A stretch of 64,000 nucleotides of DNA from Takakia lepidozioides (lineage: Eukaryota; Plantae; Bryophyta), in the NCBI GenBank assembly GCA_030704615.1, contig CM060733.1, forward strand, positions 7,874,001 to 7,938,000, written 5' to 3'. Shown in pieces: positions 1-13,900 of this stretch; the stretch's first letter is position 1, and each line of letters starts with the position of its first letter. The notes under the pieces were generated by a model. That model saw nothing but the letters and a program-made list of their open reading frames with translations. It was not told where the DNA came from and did no database searches. The position numbers and the translations under genes are program-made.

Positions 1-672
1 CAAAAGGAATGTACGACAGGAGGAATTTATCAGTAATGCTGTTTGGACTGCAAGGGAGATCCCTGATGTCAATGTTCATTTGCCCACTGTTCCTGGTCAT
101 CCGGCGATTGTGGATAGTGTTCAAACGGCCGGTCGAAGCTACACAATCTATGCACCTGCGACCACCTGGGCTTGTTGCGATTGTCCATGGGCTTTGAAGG
201 GTAACTTGTGCAAACATCAAATCCGCGTTCTTCAATTGATGAAGCCAAATCTGAAGGAAGGGCTTATTGTGAAGCTCTGTGGCACAAAGCTCGGGACCAT
301 TCATGGAGGTCTTCACATGTTGATGAAATCGGAACTTCCAGATATTGATGCAGAGGAGGAAGTTGTGAATCTAGCAGAGCCTACGGAGTGCTCAGCATCA
401 TCCCGGCGTGGTCGGCAGGAGCCATCGGATGTTTCATCAATTGAATCTGAGATGAAGTCCCTGTCGCTTCTTGGCAATGAGAGTGAAACAATGCGCAAAC
501 ATTTGCTTGCCGAGCTTCGTTGTGTTCGTGGGAGGCTGTCCACTTTACAAGTTAGAATCGACAAAGGTCTGTTGCACCCTCTTCAAGCAGTTCCATTCAT
601 AAAAATGATGATGGAAACAACATGTCCCTTGCCAGGAAAGTAGATTTTGTAGACCGGTTCCGTAGTAAGTGA
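1..672 (+). CDS. 3' part of the last MULE transposase exon (SWIM zinc finger), left copy; 1-nt frameshift near 600
   Basis: CDCPWALKGNLCKH SWIM motif. Near-identical to 17905-18577 (-). Stop TGA at 670-672. Confidence 0.85.
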
Positions 673-2015
673 CCATTGAGTCCATTGGCAATGACACTTA
701 CTTTGTGATCACCAAGTTTAATATGAAGTACATGTCTGTTCATGGGTTGTTATTCACTTTGCCATTCCATCCACATTCAACCTATGTAACCCACTCAATG
801 GGACACCCATGGGCCGGGGTGACACACCGCAGGGTTACACTGTCTGGGGTTTCATAACGTAACATAGCTCTACTTAGTGTAACTTGCATCTGTGGTACTC
901 CACACAGTGTAACACAGATGAGTGTGAACCTCTTCAGTGTAACTCATTGTGGTGTAACTCCAAGTGTAACTGCAATGTAACTATCAACAGTGTAACCTAG
1001 TATGTAACCCCATAGAATATTGCTGTCAGTGGTGTAACTCTGAGAACAATGTGACTACAATGTGACTACAGGGTCTGGGTTAGTCTGCCGGGGTTACATG
1101 ACCCTTCAATACAGAGTGGGAAGATGTTGAAGTCGAGCACCTTTAGTCACCAACACTAGCCCCTGTATGTGTACCCCTCTATGTGTAACCCAATTTGTGT
1201 GTAACCCATGGACGTGTAATCCATGAGATAGATAATCATTCCGTTCAACCTATGTTATGGACCAGTGTAGCCCTCCGGAGTGTAACTTGTTGTTGTGTAA
1301 CCCCAAGAAGTATGTATCCCGACCATATGTAACCCCCATTGATGTCACCCCATCGCATGTAACCCATTGTACAATTTGGGGTGCACGCTATAAACCCGAT
1401 GCTACATCACCCCATCTTATGTATCCCCACGACACGTAGCCCTTGTATAGGCAACCCTGCCCACTTTCATTGTGCACAGTGTAACTTAGAACTGTGTAAC
1501 CCTCTTGAGTGAGTGTAACCCAGTGTTGTAACTCCAAGAAGTATGTAGCCCGACCAGATGTTACCCCCACACTATTGTGACCCCATCGTATGTAACCCAT
1601 TGTACATAGCCCTCATGTATGTAACCCCATGTAGTATAAATCTGAGAACTTCAGTGCACAACACTTCAGTGCGAAAAAAATAAAAAATAAAACAAATGCG
1701 CATAGTCGAGGTGGGGTTACATGCCACGAAAGTATACTGTTTCAGCAACGTGACCCTGACATAGCCAGGTATGTAACCCATAAGTGTACCCCACGTTGTG
1801 AGACCCGGCATGGTGTAACCCATCACTTATGTGTGAACCCACAGAGTGTAAGCCCATTGCCCCAGGGCCCAAAGGTGTACCCAAGTACTTGTCTATGATT
1901 CCACTTCATGTAACCTTATAAGGTGTAACCCCATGTAAGCCCATTGCATGAAACCCAAACTATGAAGTGTTACGAACAAACCACATAGAAGCAAAAATGC
2001 ATCAAGAGACGCTAT

Positions 2016-5000
2016 TTATTTCTTTGGCCATCTGACCAAGTCTTTGTCCATCTCGTCACACAGCCAACTAATCATATGAGTACGGGAAGCTATCATGGTG
2101 ACTCGTTGAACCAACTTGCAGTAAACGCCCGCCTATGACGGGTTCGATCTTCTGTGGTTTCACATTGAACTTCCACTCCAAGTAAAATTGCACAAAACAA
2201 AGTGCATAATAGCCGCACTCCCAACAGCTCCGTTGTTGGGGGACACTGGCCTCAAACCATTCCATCCTCTCCATGACGTAACTGAAGTCATCAGATCCAG
2301 GCATGAAATCAAAGAACGCTATGGCAAAATTTCGCAAAATTCCTTCAATGAGTTTGGGTCGGGCAATGGTTTTATGGGAGTCCAAATGTACTATCCGACC
2401 TCGGCGCTCTAAAAACAGCTACACTCCAGTGATCACTGCAACACAAACAAAGCCGTTACGTCAGAATAGAAAAAAACATCTCCAATGAAACCCATGTGGT
2501 GTAAACCCAGTAGTGTAACCCTTTGTACTGTAACTCTAAACGGTGTTACACAACTAGTCAGCAGTCCACTAGTGCAACTCAGTCTAGAATAGAGGAGTGT
2601 AACCCAACATGCTCAGTCAATGCTGAAATTACTTACTCGAAGACAATAGGGATGACAACCACGTCCACAAGATCTCGATTCTTTGTGAACACCATCCCTC
2701 GGGCATCCTGAGTGTACCATTCTTGCACCAACCCGAATAGCGTCTGCAGATCGTTACCATTGGTACGCATGACATGCCATTGAAAAGGAGCACAGATGAC
2801 AAACTCAGGTGCGATAGCCTTAAACAATTTGGCCTCCAGAAGTTTGTTGTAAACCCGAGAGCAATGCATCTGTGACAGTTGCTCTTTTTTATACATCTCT
2901 CAAATCTGTCTCTTCCAAGTAAAAACTGTACGGACTAGAAGCCAGGAAGGCATCGCCATAATAAAACTTCACTTCGGGCGCCCCAGGAGGGTCCGACACC
3001 ATTCTGAACTTTGTCAAGTACCGTTGTTTTTAGTCTGCACAACAAACCGCACATTACGAACATTACGATGCATCATACAAGAGTTATAATCAATATTCAA
3101 AATCAGAAGGATCAAAGTAATGAGGTACCTCGAACGCTCCCGCAAGTGCTTCCAGGACCTCTTGCTGCTGGACAACGTCAACCTCCGAGACCCCTGCACT
3201 TTTGCCTTTCGGTTTGGTTCGCTGTTTTTTGGGTGCGACAAGAACAGATACTTCTTTGTCAGCGCTAGGGGGTTCAGCCAACCGCTTTCTTTGAGCAGGC
3301 GGCCGTTTGACCTCCTGGATTCTCTGCAACCCTGAGCAATGCCGCCGATAGGGGAATTTTTCTGAGCCAGAGGTGCCTTGTTTCTGAGTTTGCTGGCAAG
3401 TGCTGAAGACTGCACTCCNNNNNNNNNNNNNNNNNNNNNNNNNNNNNNNNNNNNNNNNNNNNNNNNNNNNNNNNNNNNNNNNNNNNNNNNNNNNNNNNNN
3501 NNNNNNNNNNNNNNNNNNNNNNNNNNNNNNNNNNNNNNNNNNNNNNNNNNNNNNNNNNNNNNNNNNNNNNNNNNNNNNNNNNNNNNNNNNNNNNNNNNNN
3601 NNNNNNNNNNNNNNNNNNNNNNNNNNNNNNNNNNNNNNNNNNNNNNNNNNNNNNNNNNNNNNNNNNNNNNNNNNNNNNNNNNNNNNNNNNNNNNNNNNNN
3701 NNNNNNNNNNNNNNNNNNNNNNNNNNNNNNNNNNNNNNNNNNNNNNNNNNNNNNNNNNNNNNNNNNNNNNNNNNNNNNNNNNNNNNNNNNNNNNNNNNNN
3801 NNNNNNNNNNNNNNNNNNNNNNNNNNNNNNNNNNNNNNNNNNNNNNNNNNNNNNNNNNNNNNNNNNNNNNNNNNNNNNNNNNNNNNNNNNNNNNNNNNNN
3901 NNNNNNNNNNNNNNNNNNCGCATTGAAGTCCATTTCTGTTGGTGATTCGCTGAAGAGGCCACAACACCAAGCTTGATAAACGATTCTCTCTGTTTGATCG
4001 CAAAGTGATGGCGGCGCGACGACGGCTTGCCTTGCAAAACTGTATAGCTCCGTTGATCTTAATTGACCGGTCACCCCACTCTTCTGTACTCAAACTATCG
4101 ATCTTAAGTCTTCGAGCTCAGAATCCAAGGTCGCAATTCCGTCACCAAGGTTGTGCAAAGTACATCAGACTAAAGATAGCGTACTCATCGACCAGGTCTT
4201 TCACTTTGAGGCCGTAAGAGCACTTTCCAGAAGTTCAGTCGTGAACCCCAACCTGGGATGCGTTTGGGAAACTGACCTGACCTGCATGATTTCTTACATC
4301 GTTGTGGGCTAGAATTCTCAAAAGGAGTGGTGGCGGTCCAATGTGCGGTTTGGTGAGATTTCCATTTGACTGATCAATCCTTCGGCAAAACCACGAGTGA
4401 ATTCCAACGGATGTGAACAACAAACCTTGATTCCATCTACAGTAATAGTGATGACAAGGAGATTTGAAGTTCTGGCATCGTCAAGGTCGGTATTGCCAAC
4501 AGCTAGTTCGTCCATCGTGTCATCATCATGTGAGGCTTGGCTCTCTCGATGGACTCGTGGAAGTCTCCCACCTTTTTTCTTTTTTCTCTTTGCTGCTTGG
4601 CATGTCAGGATGCCCCATGCTCTCTAAATACTCCTTCACCCGATTCAATCATATCATTAACGGACCATGATCGGCTGGGCAGTAAATGCCTTGTGGGCAG
4701 CAACACCACCTGTCCATATCATCGCTTCTAAGATGATATCGACCTCCCTGCGCAATACAGCGTGAGGGGTTACACCAGAGAAAAATGTTTACAGCACGAG
4801 GGTTACACATGAAAATGGGTTACAAACAAGATGGGCTACACGGGGTTACACAGAGGTGGGTTACACACCATAGGGGTTTTTAAAAGGGGTCCTCTGTAGG
4901 TGGGTTACACTCTGGTTACACGCCACAGGAGAGACAGGGGGGGTAAACACAAAGGGTTACATGGATAGACACAGCCCAAAATTTGAAAAACAAAGAAATG

Positions 5001-5820
5001 GCAGGGAATCCAACTTGATTGTCTGTCGATAGAACCCAACTTGATTTTGCAGCTGTCGCATGGACTGCGCCCTCGTCCTCGCGCAACAAATTCTTGGAAT
5101 GCCGGCCAAAACCCCTTCTCATTGACATTCGGAAATGGGAACTGAGGAATAAGGCCATGCGGTAGCAGAAGGATTGAGCCTGGAGTTCTCTTTCGCAAGA
5201 TGACCTGAGCTCCGGTTCCCCGGTTTGCAATGTTGATTTTTTTGCAATAGGGACAGGTAGAGGCGGGCTCAATCGCCGCTTGTCTCTCTCGTTAGAAACC
5301 TGCCGAATAGAAGGACCAGGGACACAGAAACAGCAGGAGCACTAGAAGATGGAACCTCTGTAGCAGAAATAGCCGAAGAAGGTACAACAGCAGGCACTTC
5401 AATAGGATCTCTTCAATCTCACCCAAAGCCACCTATTTTGCAGAATCCATGCATGATATGCATCAACAGAAGAAGCTGGAACATAATTCATCACATTTTC
5501 AACAGCCATGGCATGCTTGAGCTCCGCATCAGGAAACGGTTTTTGTTCCTTTCGGTCTGGCCATACATGCGGCCGTTCCATCGACAATATGCCGATTCAA
5601 TCTGCTCTTATCTACCTTTACTGCCCCACAATAAGGACATTTGAACTTAGGCCGGCCCTTTGCTCCCTCCACCTTGGCCTCTCTACACCTGGTGTGGCAG
5701 TACGCGATCATTGTAGCATGCTCATGCTCAGTGTACCAAAGCGAACTCGTTCGCCATCCCCTTTTTCAAGTGATCAAATGGAATAGTAGCCTCTCCAGGG
5801 AACAAATAACAATCAGCCAT
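2016..5820 (-). pseudogene. Left copy of the zinc finger/Ulp1 protease gene, with a gap and several frameshifts
   Basis: Reverse complement of 10976-16554. Ulp1 motifs HW, LDS, QQRSCWECG are present. The frameshifts may be sequencing errors. Confidence 0.75.
3419..3918. other. Assembly gap (500 N); true size probably ~2.3 kb
   Basis: Gap flanks map to 15148 and 12872 of the right copy, implying ~2275 bp missing. Confidence 0.85.
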
Positions 5821-6470
5821 GACAAAAGAAAAAGCTGACAGAAGAGAAGAGAAGAGCAAGAGCAAGAAAAGACCAAGACAAGAGAATTCCGAAGAATGCA
5901 CAACAGGGAGCACGCACAGCAAGGAGTGCAGGAAGAATATGAATGGCTGCGAGAAGGGGAAAACTGAACAATGATCAAAGAACGAAGAACGAAGCTAGCT
6001 AGATGTCACCCGTAAGGCACGTCGGTTAAGCGAAAGACGGCGGGTTCATTAAAATCTGGCGGCTTGCAATCAATTATATCCGCACTGACTCACACGTGTA
6101 TGAGTTGCAATCCCGGTGTCACCCGAATAGCGAGTGTAACCCGTAACCCTACACTTGTGAGCGCGACAAACCGGCCATTATCTACTCGAATGCCAGGCAC
6201 GTCGAGTGTAACCCTCCGTCAGGTACCCAGATATGATGTAACCCTTCGTCACAACCTCATGTACCCCTAGTCTATGTGACTCCCGAACACAACATCGATG
6301 TAACCCTGTCATATCAAACCATTAGTATGCAACCTCCAGGTAAACATGGTCAATGTAATGCCCCCACCCATGTAACCCTAGCCTATGTGGCTCCGCGAGC
6401 GCAACATCCACGTAACCCATCAAACATGTCAACCCCATCTAAACCCTCCATACTAAACCGTCCTACCAAG

Positions 6471-9400
6471 GAAGATAATAGGAATAATGTAAGAACTTAA
6501 TGCAAGCGCGTCAGGACGGTCTAGCCCTGACACCCGTACCCCGCGATTCTTCGCCTCCGGCAGACATCGAAAGGCAGCCGGCTGGGCTCGGTCAATCCCT
6601 CCCCACCCCCGCCCTCATCCATCGGCGTCGTCGCCCCCTGCGTCGTCGTTCTGCGACACCAGTCCGCCGCTTCCAGCAGTCCGCCAGTTCCCTGTAACCC
6701 CCGCCCCGGGTTCAACCATCACCCCCATGTACCCTCTGTAACTAACTCCGCCAGTGTAACCCACATTACCATGTAACCCTTTGTAACCCATATAACCCCA
6801 TGACCCTCTGTAACCCATGTAACCCTCTATAACACCGCAGAGTGTCACCACCCCCCACCCCTATGTAACCCTCTCCTACATGAACCCCTGTAACCTGTAC
6901 CCTTATAACACCGCAGAGTGTCACCCCCACCCCCTATGTAACCCTCACTACATGTAACCCTCTGTAACACTTTGCAACCCATGTAACCTATGTAACCCTC
7001 TGTAACAACCCCAGAGTGTCGCCCCCCTCACCCTTATTAACCTCACTCCATGTAACCCTCTGTAACCCATGTACCCTCTGTGACCCTTTGTAACCCTCAC
7101 CACGATGTAACCCTCTGTAACACCGCAGAGTGTCACCCTCACCCTATGTAACCCTCATTCCATGTAACCCTCTCTGACCCTCTGTAACCCTCACTCCATG
7201 TAACCCTGTGACCTCTATATCCCTCACCAGGTGTAACCCTTACCTCCATGTAACCCTCTGTAACACCGCAGAGTGTCACCCTCGCCACCATGTACCCTCA
7301 CTCCATGTAACCCTCACAAACCTCTGTGGCTCTGTAACCTATGTAACCCTCTGTAACACACCGTAGAGTGTCGTCCTCACCCCTTATGTAACCCTCTGTA
7401 ACCCATGTAACCACTCTGTGACCCTTTGTAACCCTCACCACCATGTAACCCTCTGTAACACCGCAGAGTGTCACCCTCACCCGTATTAACCCTCATTCCA
7501 TGTAACCCTCTCTGACCCTCTGTAACCCTCACTCCATGTAACCCTCTGTGACCTCTATATCCCTCACCAGGTGTAACCCTTACCACCATGTAACCCTCTG
7601 TAACACACGCAGAGTGTCACCCTCGCCACCATGTAACCCTCACTCCATGTAACCCTCACAAACCCTCTGTGGCTCTGTAACCTATGTAACCCTCTGTAAC
7701 ACCGTAGAGTGTCGTCCTCACCCCCTTATGTAACCCTCTGTAACCCATGTAACCCTCTGTGACCCTTTGTAACCCTCACCACCATGTAACCCTCTGTAAC
7801 ACCGCAGAGTGTCACCCTCACCCGTATGTAACCCTCATTCCATGTAACCCTCTCTGACCCTCTATAACCCTCACCACCATGTAACCCTCTGTAACCCATG
7901 TGACCCTCTATATCCCTCACCAGGTGTAACCCTTACCACCATGTAACCCTCTGTAACACCGCAGAGTGTCACCCTCGCCACCATGTAACCCTCCGTAACC
8001 CTCACAAACCCTTTGTGACACCGCAGAGTGTCACCCTCACCCCTTATGTAACCCTCACTCCATGTAACCCTCTGTAACCCTGTAACCCTCTGTGACCCTT
8101 GTAACTCACCACCATGTAACCCTCTGTAACACCGCAGAGTGTCACCCTCACCCCTATGTAACCTCATTCCATGTAACCCTCTCTGACCCTCTGTAACCCA
8201 TGTAACCCTCTCTGACCCTCTATAATCCCTCACCAGGTGTAACCCTTACCACCATGTAACCCTCTGTAACACCGCAGAGTGTCACCCTCGCCACCATGTA
8301 ACCCTCCGTAACCCACACAAACCCTCTGTAACACCGCAGAGTGTCACCCTCACCCCATGTAACCCTCACTCCATGTAACCCCTCTGAACCCTCCGTGGCT
8401 CTGTAACCCATGTAACCCTCTGTAACACCGTAGAGTGTCACCCTCACCCCTTATAAACCCTCACTCCATGTAACCCTCTGTAACCCATGTAACCCTCTGT
8501 GACCCTTTGTAACCCTCACCACCATGTAACCCTCTGTAACACCGCAGAGTGTCACCCTCACCCGTATGTAACCCTCACTCCATGTAACCCTCTCTGACCC
8601 TCTGTAACCCTCACCACCATGTAACCCTCACTCCATGTAACCCTCTGTGACCCTCGTATCCCTCACCAGGTGTAACCCTTACCACCATGTAACCCTCTGT
8701 AACACCGCAGAGTGTCACCCTCGCCACCATGTAACCCTCCGTAACCCTCACAAACCCTTTGTGACACCGCAGAGTGTCGCCCTCACCCTTATGTAACCCT
8801 CACTCCATGTAACCCTCTGTAACCCATGTAACCCTCTGTGACCCTTTGTAACCCTCACCACCATGTAACCCTCTGTAACACCGCAGAGTGTCACCCTCAC
8901 CCCTATGTAACCCTCATTCCATGTAACCCTCTGACCCTCTGTAACCCTCACCACCATGTAACCCTCTGTGACCCTCTATATCCCTCACCAGGTGTAACCC
9001 TTACCACCATGTAACCCTCTGTAACACCGCAGAGTGTCACCCTCGCCACCATGTAACCCTCCGTAACCCTCACAAACCCTTTGTGACACCGCAGAGTGTC
9101 GCCCTCACCCCTTATGTAACCCTCACTCCATGTAACCCTCTGTAATCCATGTAACCCTCTGTAACCCATGTAACCCTCTGTGACCCTTTGTAACCCTCAC
9201 CACCATGTAACCCTCTGTAACACCGCAGAGTGTCACCCTCACCCGTATGTAACCCTCATTCCATGTAACCCTCTTTGACCCTCTGTAACCCTCACCACCA
9301 TGTAACCCTCACTCCATGTAACCCTCTGTGACCCTCTATATCCCTCACCAGGTGTAACCCTTACCTCCATGTAACCCTCTGTAACACCGCAGAGTGTCAC

Positions 9401-9670
9401 CCTCGCCACCATGTAACCCTCACTCCATGTAACCCTCACAAACCCTCTGTGGCTCTGTAACCTATGTAACCCTCTGTAACACCGTAGAGTGTCGTCCTCA
9501 CCCCTTATGTAACCCTCTGTAACCCATGTAACCCTCTGTGACCCTTTGTAACCCTCACCACCATGTAACCCTCTGTAACACCGCAGAGTGTCACCCTCAC
9601 CCCTATGTAACCCTCACTCCATGTAACCCTCTCTGACCCTCTGTAACCCTCACCACCATGTAACCCTCAG
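6471..9670 (-). mobile_element. Terminal region of a second MULE unit (GC-rich end plus ~3 kb TGTAACCC array)
   Basis: 6471-6720 is the reverse complement of ~23640-23905. It is followed by the same satellite as 21750-23650, but longer. Confidence 0.85.
6693..9670. repeat. Higher-order tandem array of TGTAACCC-based units with recurring GTAACACCGCAGAGTGTCAC palindrome
   Basis: Directly visible; strongly C-rich on the + strand. Confidence 0.95.
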
Positions 9671-9672
9671 TA

Positions 9673-10330
9673 TCACCGCCTCGTGTACATCATACACGTG
9701 TAAACTATCCGACGGCCGAATGGAGGTTTAAATAGAGGCCGAAACCCTAATTTGCTCTCTCCATCCGTTTCCAGATTCTTAGCTCGCTCGTTTTTTTGCT
9801 TTGGGGCATCAGCTTTCTGCAATTCCCATGGTGCCCAATCGGCTTCACACATCAATGCGAAAGATTTGTAGTTCATTCAGTTCAGTATCGTCATCCCAGC
9901 AACATACAAGACAACTCTTTCCGTGCAACGATCCGTCAAATTTATTACCACGGTTTTCTCTACGATTGATACGGTTGTCTCTATTCTTTTTCTTTCTCAA
10001 TGTCATTCTTGTTGTTTTGTCACCGTCCCCGATGGCTATGGTATTCCTAAGATCCGCATTAGGAAAGGGTTTTGTTTCTTTCGGTCTAGCCATGCAAGCA
10101 GCCGCTCATTTGACGGGGTGCCCATTCACTCTCCTCTCGTGTATCTTTTGTTCACACACCAGCCGGGGCAGCCTACTCATCGCTATTATGGATGCAATAC
10201 GTATCGAATCATGCGTGTTTTGCAAGCACTGTCAACCGGTTACATGTCTGATGGTTTATATGACTACCTCACGTGTGGTATGGTTACACACAGGGGGTTA
10301 CACGGTGTTTTCTTTCTCAATACATGCTAG
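9673..10330 (-). pseudogene. Diverged, internally deleted relic of the same MULE family (zinc-finger exon homolog)
   Basis: Minus-strand translation VNGHPVK*AAACMARPKETKPFPNADLRNTIAI aligns to LNRHIVDGTAACMARPKGTKPFPDAELKHAMAV of exon 1 at 10976-11779. Confidence 0.7.
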
Positions 10331-10975
10331 CTTGGTAGACGGTTTAGTAATGGAGGTTTAGATGGGTTGACATGTTTGATGGGTTACGTGGATGTTGCGC
10401 TCGCGGAGCCACATAGGCTAGGGTTACATGGGTGGGGCATTACATTGACCATGTTTACCTGGAGGTTGCATACTAATGGTTTGATATGACAGGGTTACAT
10501 CGATGTTGTGTTCGGGAGTCACATAGACTAGGGGTACATGAGGTTGTGACGAAGGGTTACATCATATCTGGGTACCTGACGGAGGGTTACACTCGACGTG
10601 CCTGGCATTCGAGTAATGGCCGGTTTGTCGCGCTCACAAGTGTAGGGTTACGGGTTACACTCCGCTATTCCGGGTGACACCGGGATTGCAACTCATACAC
10701 GTGTGAGTCAGTGCGGATATAATTGATTGCAAGCCGCCAGATTTTAATGAACCGCCGTCTTTCGCTTAACCGACGTGCCTTACGGGTGACATCTAGCTAG
10801 CTTCGTTCTTCGTTCTTTGATCATTGTTCAGTTTTCCCCTTCTCGCAGCCATTCATATTCTTCCTGCACTCCTTGCTGTGCGTGCTCCCTGTTGTGCATT
10901 CTTCGGAATTCTCTTGGTCTTGGTCTTTTCTTGCTCTTGCTCTTCTCTTCTCTTCTGTCAGCTTTTTCTTTTGTC

Positions 10976-13900
10976 ATGGCTGATTGTTATTTGTTCCCTG
11001 GAGAGGCTACTATTCCATTTGATCACTTGAAAAGGGATGGCGAACGAGTTCGCTTTTGGTACACTGAGCATGAGCATGCTACAATGATCGCGTACTGCCA
11101 CACCAGGTGTAGAGAGGCCAAGGTGGAGGGAGCAAAGGGCCGGCCTAAGTTCAAATGTCCTTATTGTGGGGCAGTAAAGGTAGATAAGAGCAGATTGAAT
11201 CGGCATATTGTCGATGGAACGGCCGCATGTATGGCCAGACCGAAAGGAACAAAACCGTTTCCTGATGCGGAGCTCAAGCATGCCATGGCTGTTGAAAATG
11301 TGATGAATTCTGTTCCAGCTTCTTCTGTTGATGCATATCATGCATGGATTCTGCAAAATAGGGTGGCTTTGGGTGAGATTGCAGATCCTATTGAAGTGCC
11401 TGCTGTTGTACCTTCTTCGGCTATTTCTGCTACAGAGGTTCCATCTTCTAGTGCTCCTGCTGTTTCTGTCCCTGGTCCTTCTATTCGGCAGGTTTCTAAC
11501 GAGAGAGACAAGCGGCGATTGAGCCCGCCTCTACCTGTCCCTATTGCAAAGAAAATCAACATTGCAAACCGGGGAAACCGGAGCTCAAGGTTCATCTTGC
11601 GAAAGAGAACTCCAGGCTCAATCCTTCTGCTACCGCATGGCCTTATTCCTCAGTTCCCATTTCCGAATGTCAATGAGAAGGGGTTTTGGCCGGCATTCCA
11701 AGAATTTGTTGCGCGAGGCGAGGGCGCAGTCCATGCGACAGCTGCAAAATCAAGTTGGGTTCTATCGACAGACAATCAAGTTGGATTCCCTGCCATTTCT
11801 CTGTTTTTCAAATTTTGGGCTGTTGTCTATCCATGTAACCCTTTGTGTTACCCCCCCTGTCTCTCCTGTGGCGTGTAACCCAGAGTGTAACCCACCTACA
11901 GAGGACCCCTTTTAAAAACCCCTATGGTGTGTAACCCACCTCTGTGTAACCCCGTGTAGCCCATCTTGTTTGTAACCCATTTTCATGTGTAACCCCTCGT
12001 GCTGTAACATTTTTCTCTGGTGTAACCCCTCACGCTGTATTGCGCAGGGAGGTCGATATCATCTTAGAAGCGATGATATGGACAGTGTTGTTGCTGCCCA
12101 CAAGGCATTTACTGCCCAGCCGGATCATGGTCCGTTAATGATAGAGGAATTGAATCGGGTGAAGGAGTATTTAGAGAGCATTGGGCATCCTGACATGCCA
12201 AAGCAGAAAAAGAAAAAAGGTGGGAGACTTACACGAGTCCATCGAGAGAGCCAAGCCTCACATGATGATGACACGATGGACGAACTAGCTGTTGGCAATA
12301 CCGACCTTGACGATGCCAGAACTTCAAATCCTCTTGTCATCACTATTACTGTAGATGGAATCAAAGGTTTGGTTGTTCCACATCCGTTGGAATTCACTCG
12401 TGGTTTTGCCGAAGGATTGATCAGTCAAATGGAGAATCTCACCAAACCGCACATTGGACCGCCACCACTCCTTTTGAGAATTCTAGCCCACAACGATGTA
12501 AGAAATCATGGCAGGTCAGTTTCCCAAACGCATCCCAGGTTGGGGTTCACGACTGAACTTCTGGAAAGTGCTCTTACGGCCTCAAAGGTGAAGGACCTGG
12601 TCGATGAGTATTACGGCTTTAGTCTGATGTACTTTGCACAACCTGGTGACGGAATTGCGACCTTGGATTCTGAGCTCGAAGACTTAAGATCGAGTTTGAG
12701 TACAGAAGAGTGGGGTGACCGGTCAATTAAGATCAACGGAGCTATACAGTTTTGCAAGGCAAGCCGTCGTCGCGCCGCCCATCACTTTGCGATCCAACAG
12801 AGAGAATCGTTTATCCAGCTTTGGTGTTGTGGCCTCTTCAGCGAATCACCAACAGAAATGGACTTCAATGCGCGTTTGGGCATCCAGTATATGAGAGACC
12901 TTGGGTCTGTAGTGCCTTGGTATCTCTGTAAGTGTTACTCCATCCACTGTCACCCCTCTCGTCGTGTAACCCCTTTGTGTGTAATCTTGTAATCATTGTA
13001 ACCCTCGCTATGTGGAACCTTGTAACTCAGTGTAACCCTCGTTGTGTGTAACCCTGTAATCAGTGTAACCCTCGCTATGTGGAACCTTGTACTCAGTGTA
13101 ACCCTCGCTGTGTGTAAATCAGTGTAACCCTCGGAGTATGTAACCCTGTAATCAGTGTACCCCTAATGGTACCCCTCGCTGTGTTACCCTAGATTTGTTA
13201 CCCTCTCGTTGTGTAATCTCAGTAGTGTAACCCATGGTAGTGTAACCCATTGCAAACTACTGTCTCTAACAGGGTGGTGTAACCCATATCGTGTAATCCG
13301 AACCACTGTCTTGTCCTAGTCAGTGTAACCCTTACATAGTGTAACCCTTGCACTTTCAAAAACCTCGTTCCACGACTAAAAACCTTTGTCTTTTCCCCGA
13401 TGCAGATGAGTCCGAGCTCATGACCAATCAAGTCGCCAATGCGTTCAAAAACCTTTTTGAGGCTCAACGTGAGCTTCACGAAGTTGTGTATGGGGCCCCT
13501 CCACAATGCGATACAGGGGGCGTAGGGGGCGCGCAGACGAGCGATGGGCCAATTTCCGCCCCGCAGAGCGACGATGTACATGACGAGGACATCATTCCAA
13601 GTCAATCTGCCGTTGTATCTTTGTCGCAGGTTGGTGAATTGTACTCAACCCAGCTGCACTTAGGGGTGAACCTAGCAGACTTGACGCGGGATTTGCCCAT
13701 GATTTCTGATACTGATACTGAAGATGATACATCAAGGTGGAACACCCAAGTGCGAACCTCTTTGTCCGCAGCCCCAGTCATTTCTTTTGAAGGTCTTAAT
13801 CGAAGAATCGGGGACCCGCTTGACCCAGAGTCTGTGTATGACTTTGAATCTGGAGATGCTGGGTTGAACCCTCGATGCAGCAATGTAAGTATTTGTCAGG

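Larger units (their letters stand above)
1..6470 (-). mobile_element. Inverted copy of the MULE unit (reverse complement of 10331-18577), running off the window start
   Basis: Base 1 matches 18577 and base 6470 matches 10331 in reverse complement. Near-identical apart from scattered 1-nt indels. Contains the 500-N gap at 3419-3918. Confidence 0.9.

Noticed and set aside
3014-4093. Long ORFs spanning 3419-3918
   Set aside because: Artefacts of reading through the N gap.
6615-9439. Many short ORFs (RVTLCGVTEGYM...) here and at 21753-23428
   Set aside because: Translations of the tandem array; no coding signal.
6693-9670. True telomere or interstitial TTTAGGG tract
   Set aside because: Unit is GGGTTACA-based with complex higher-order structure and is embedded in a transposon.
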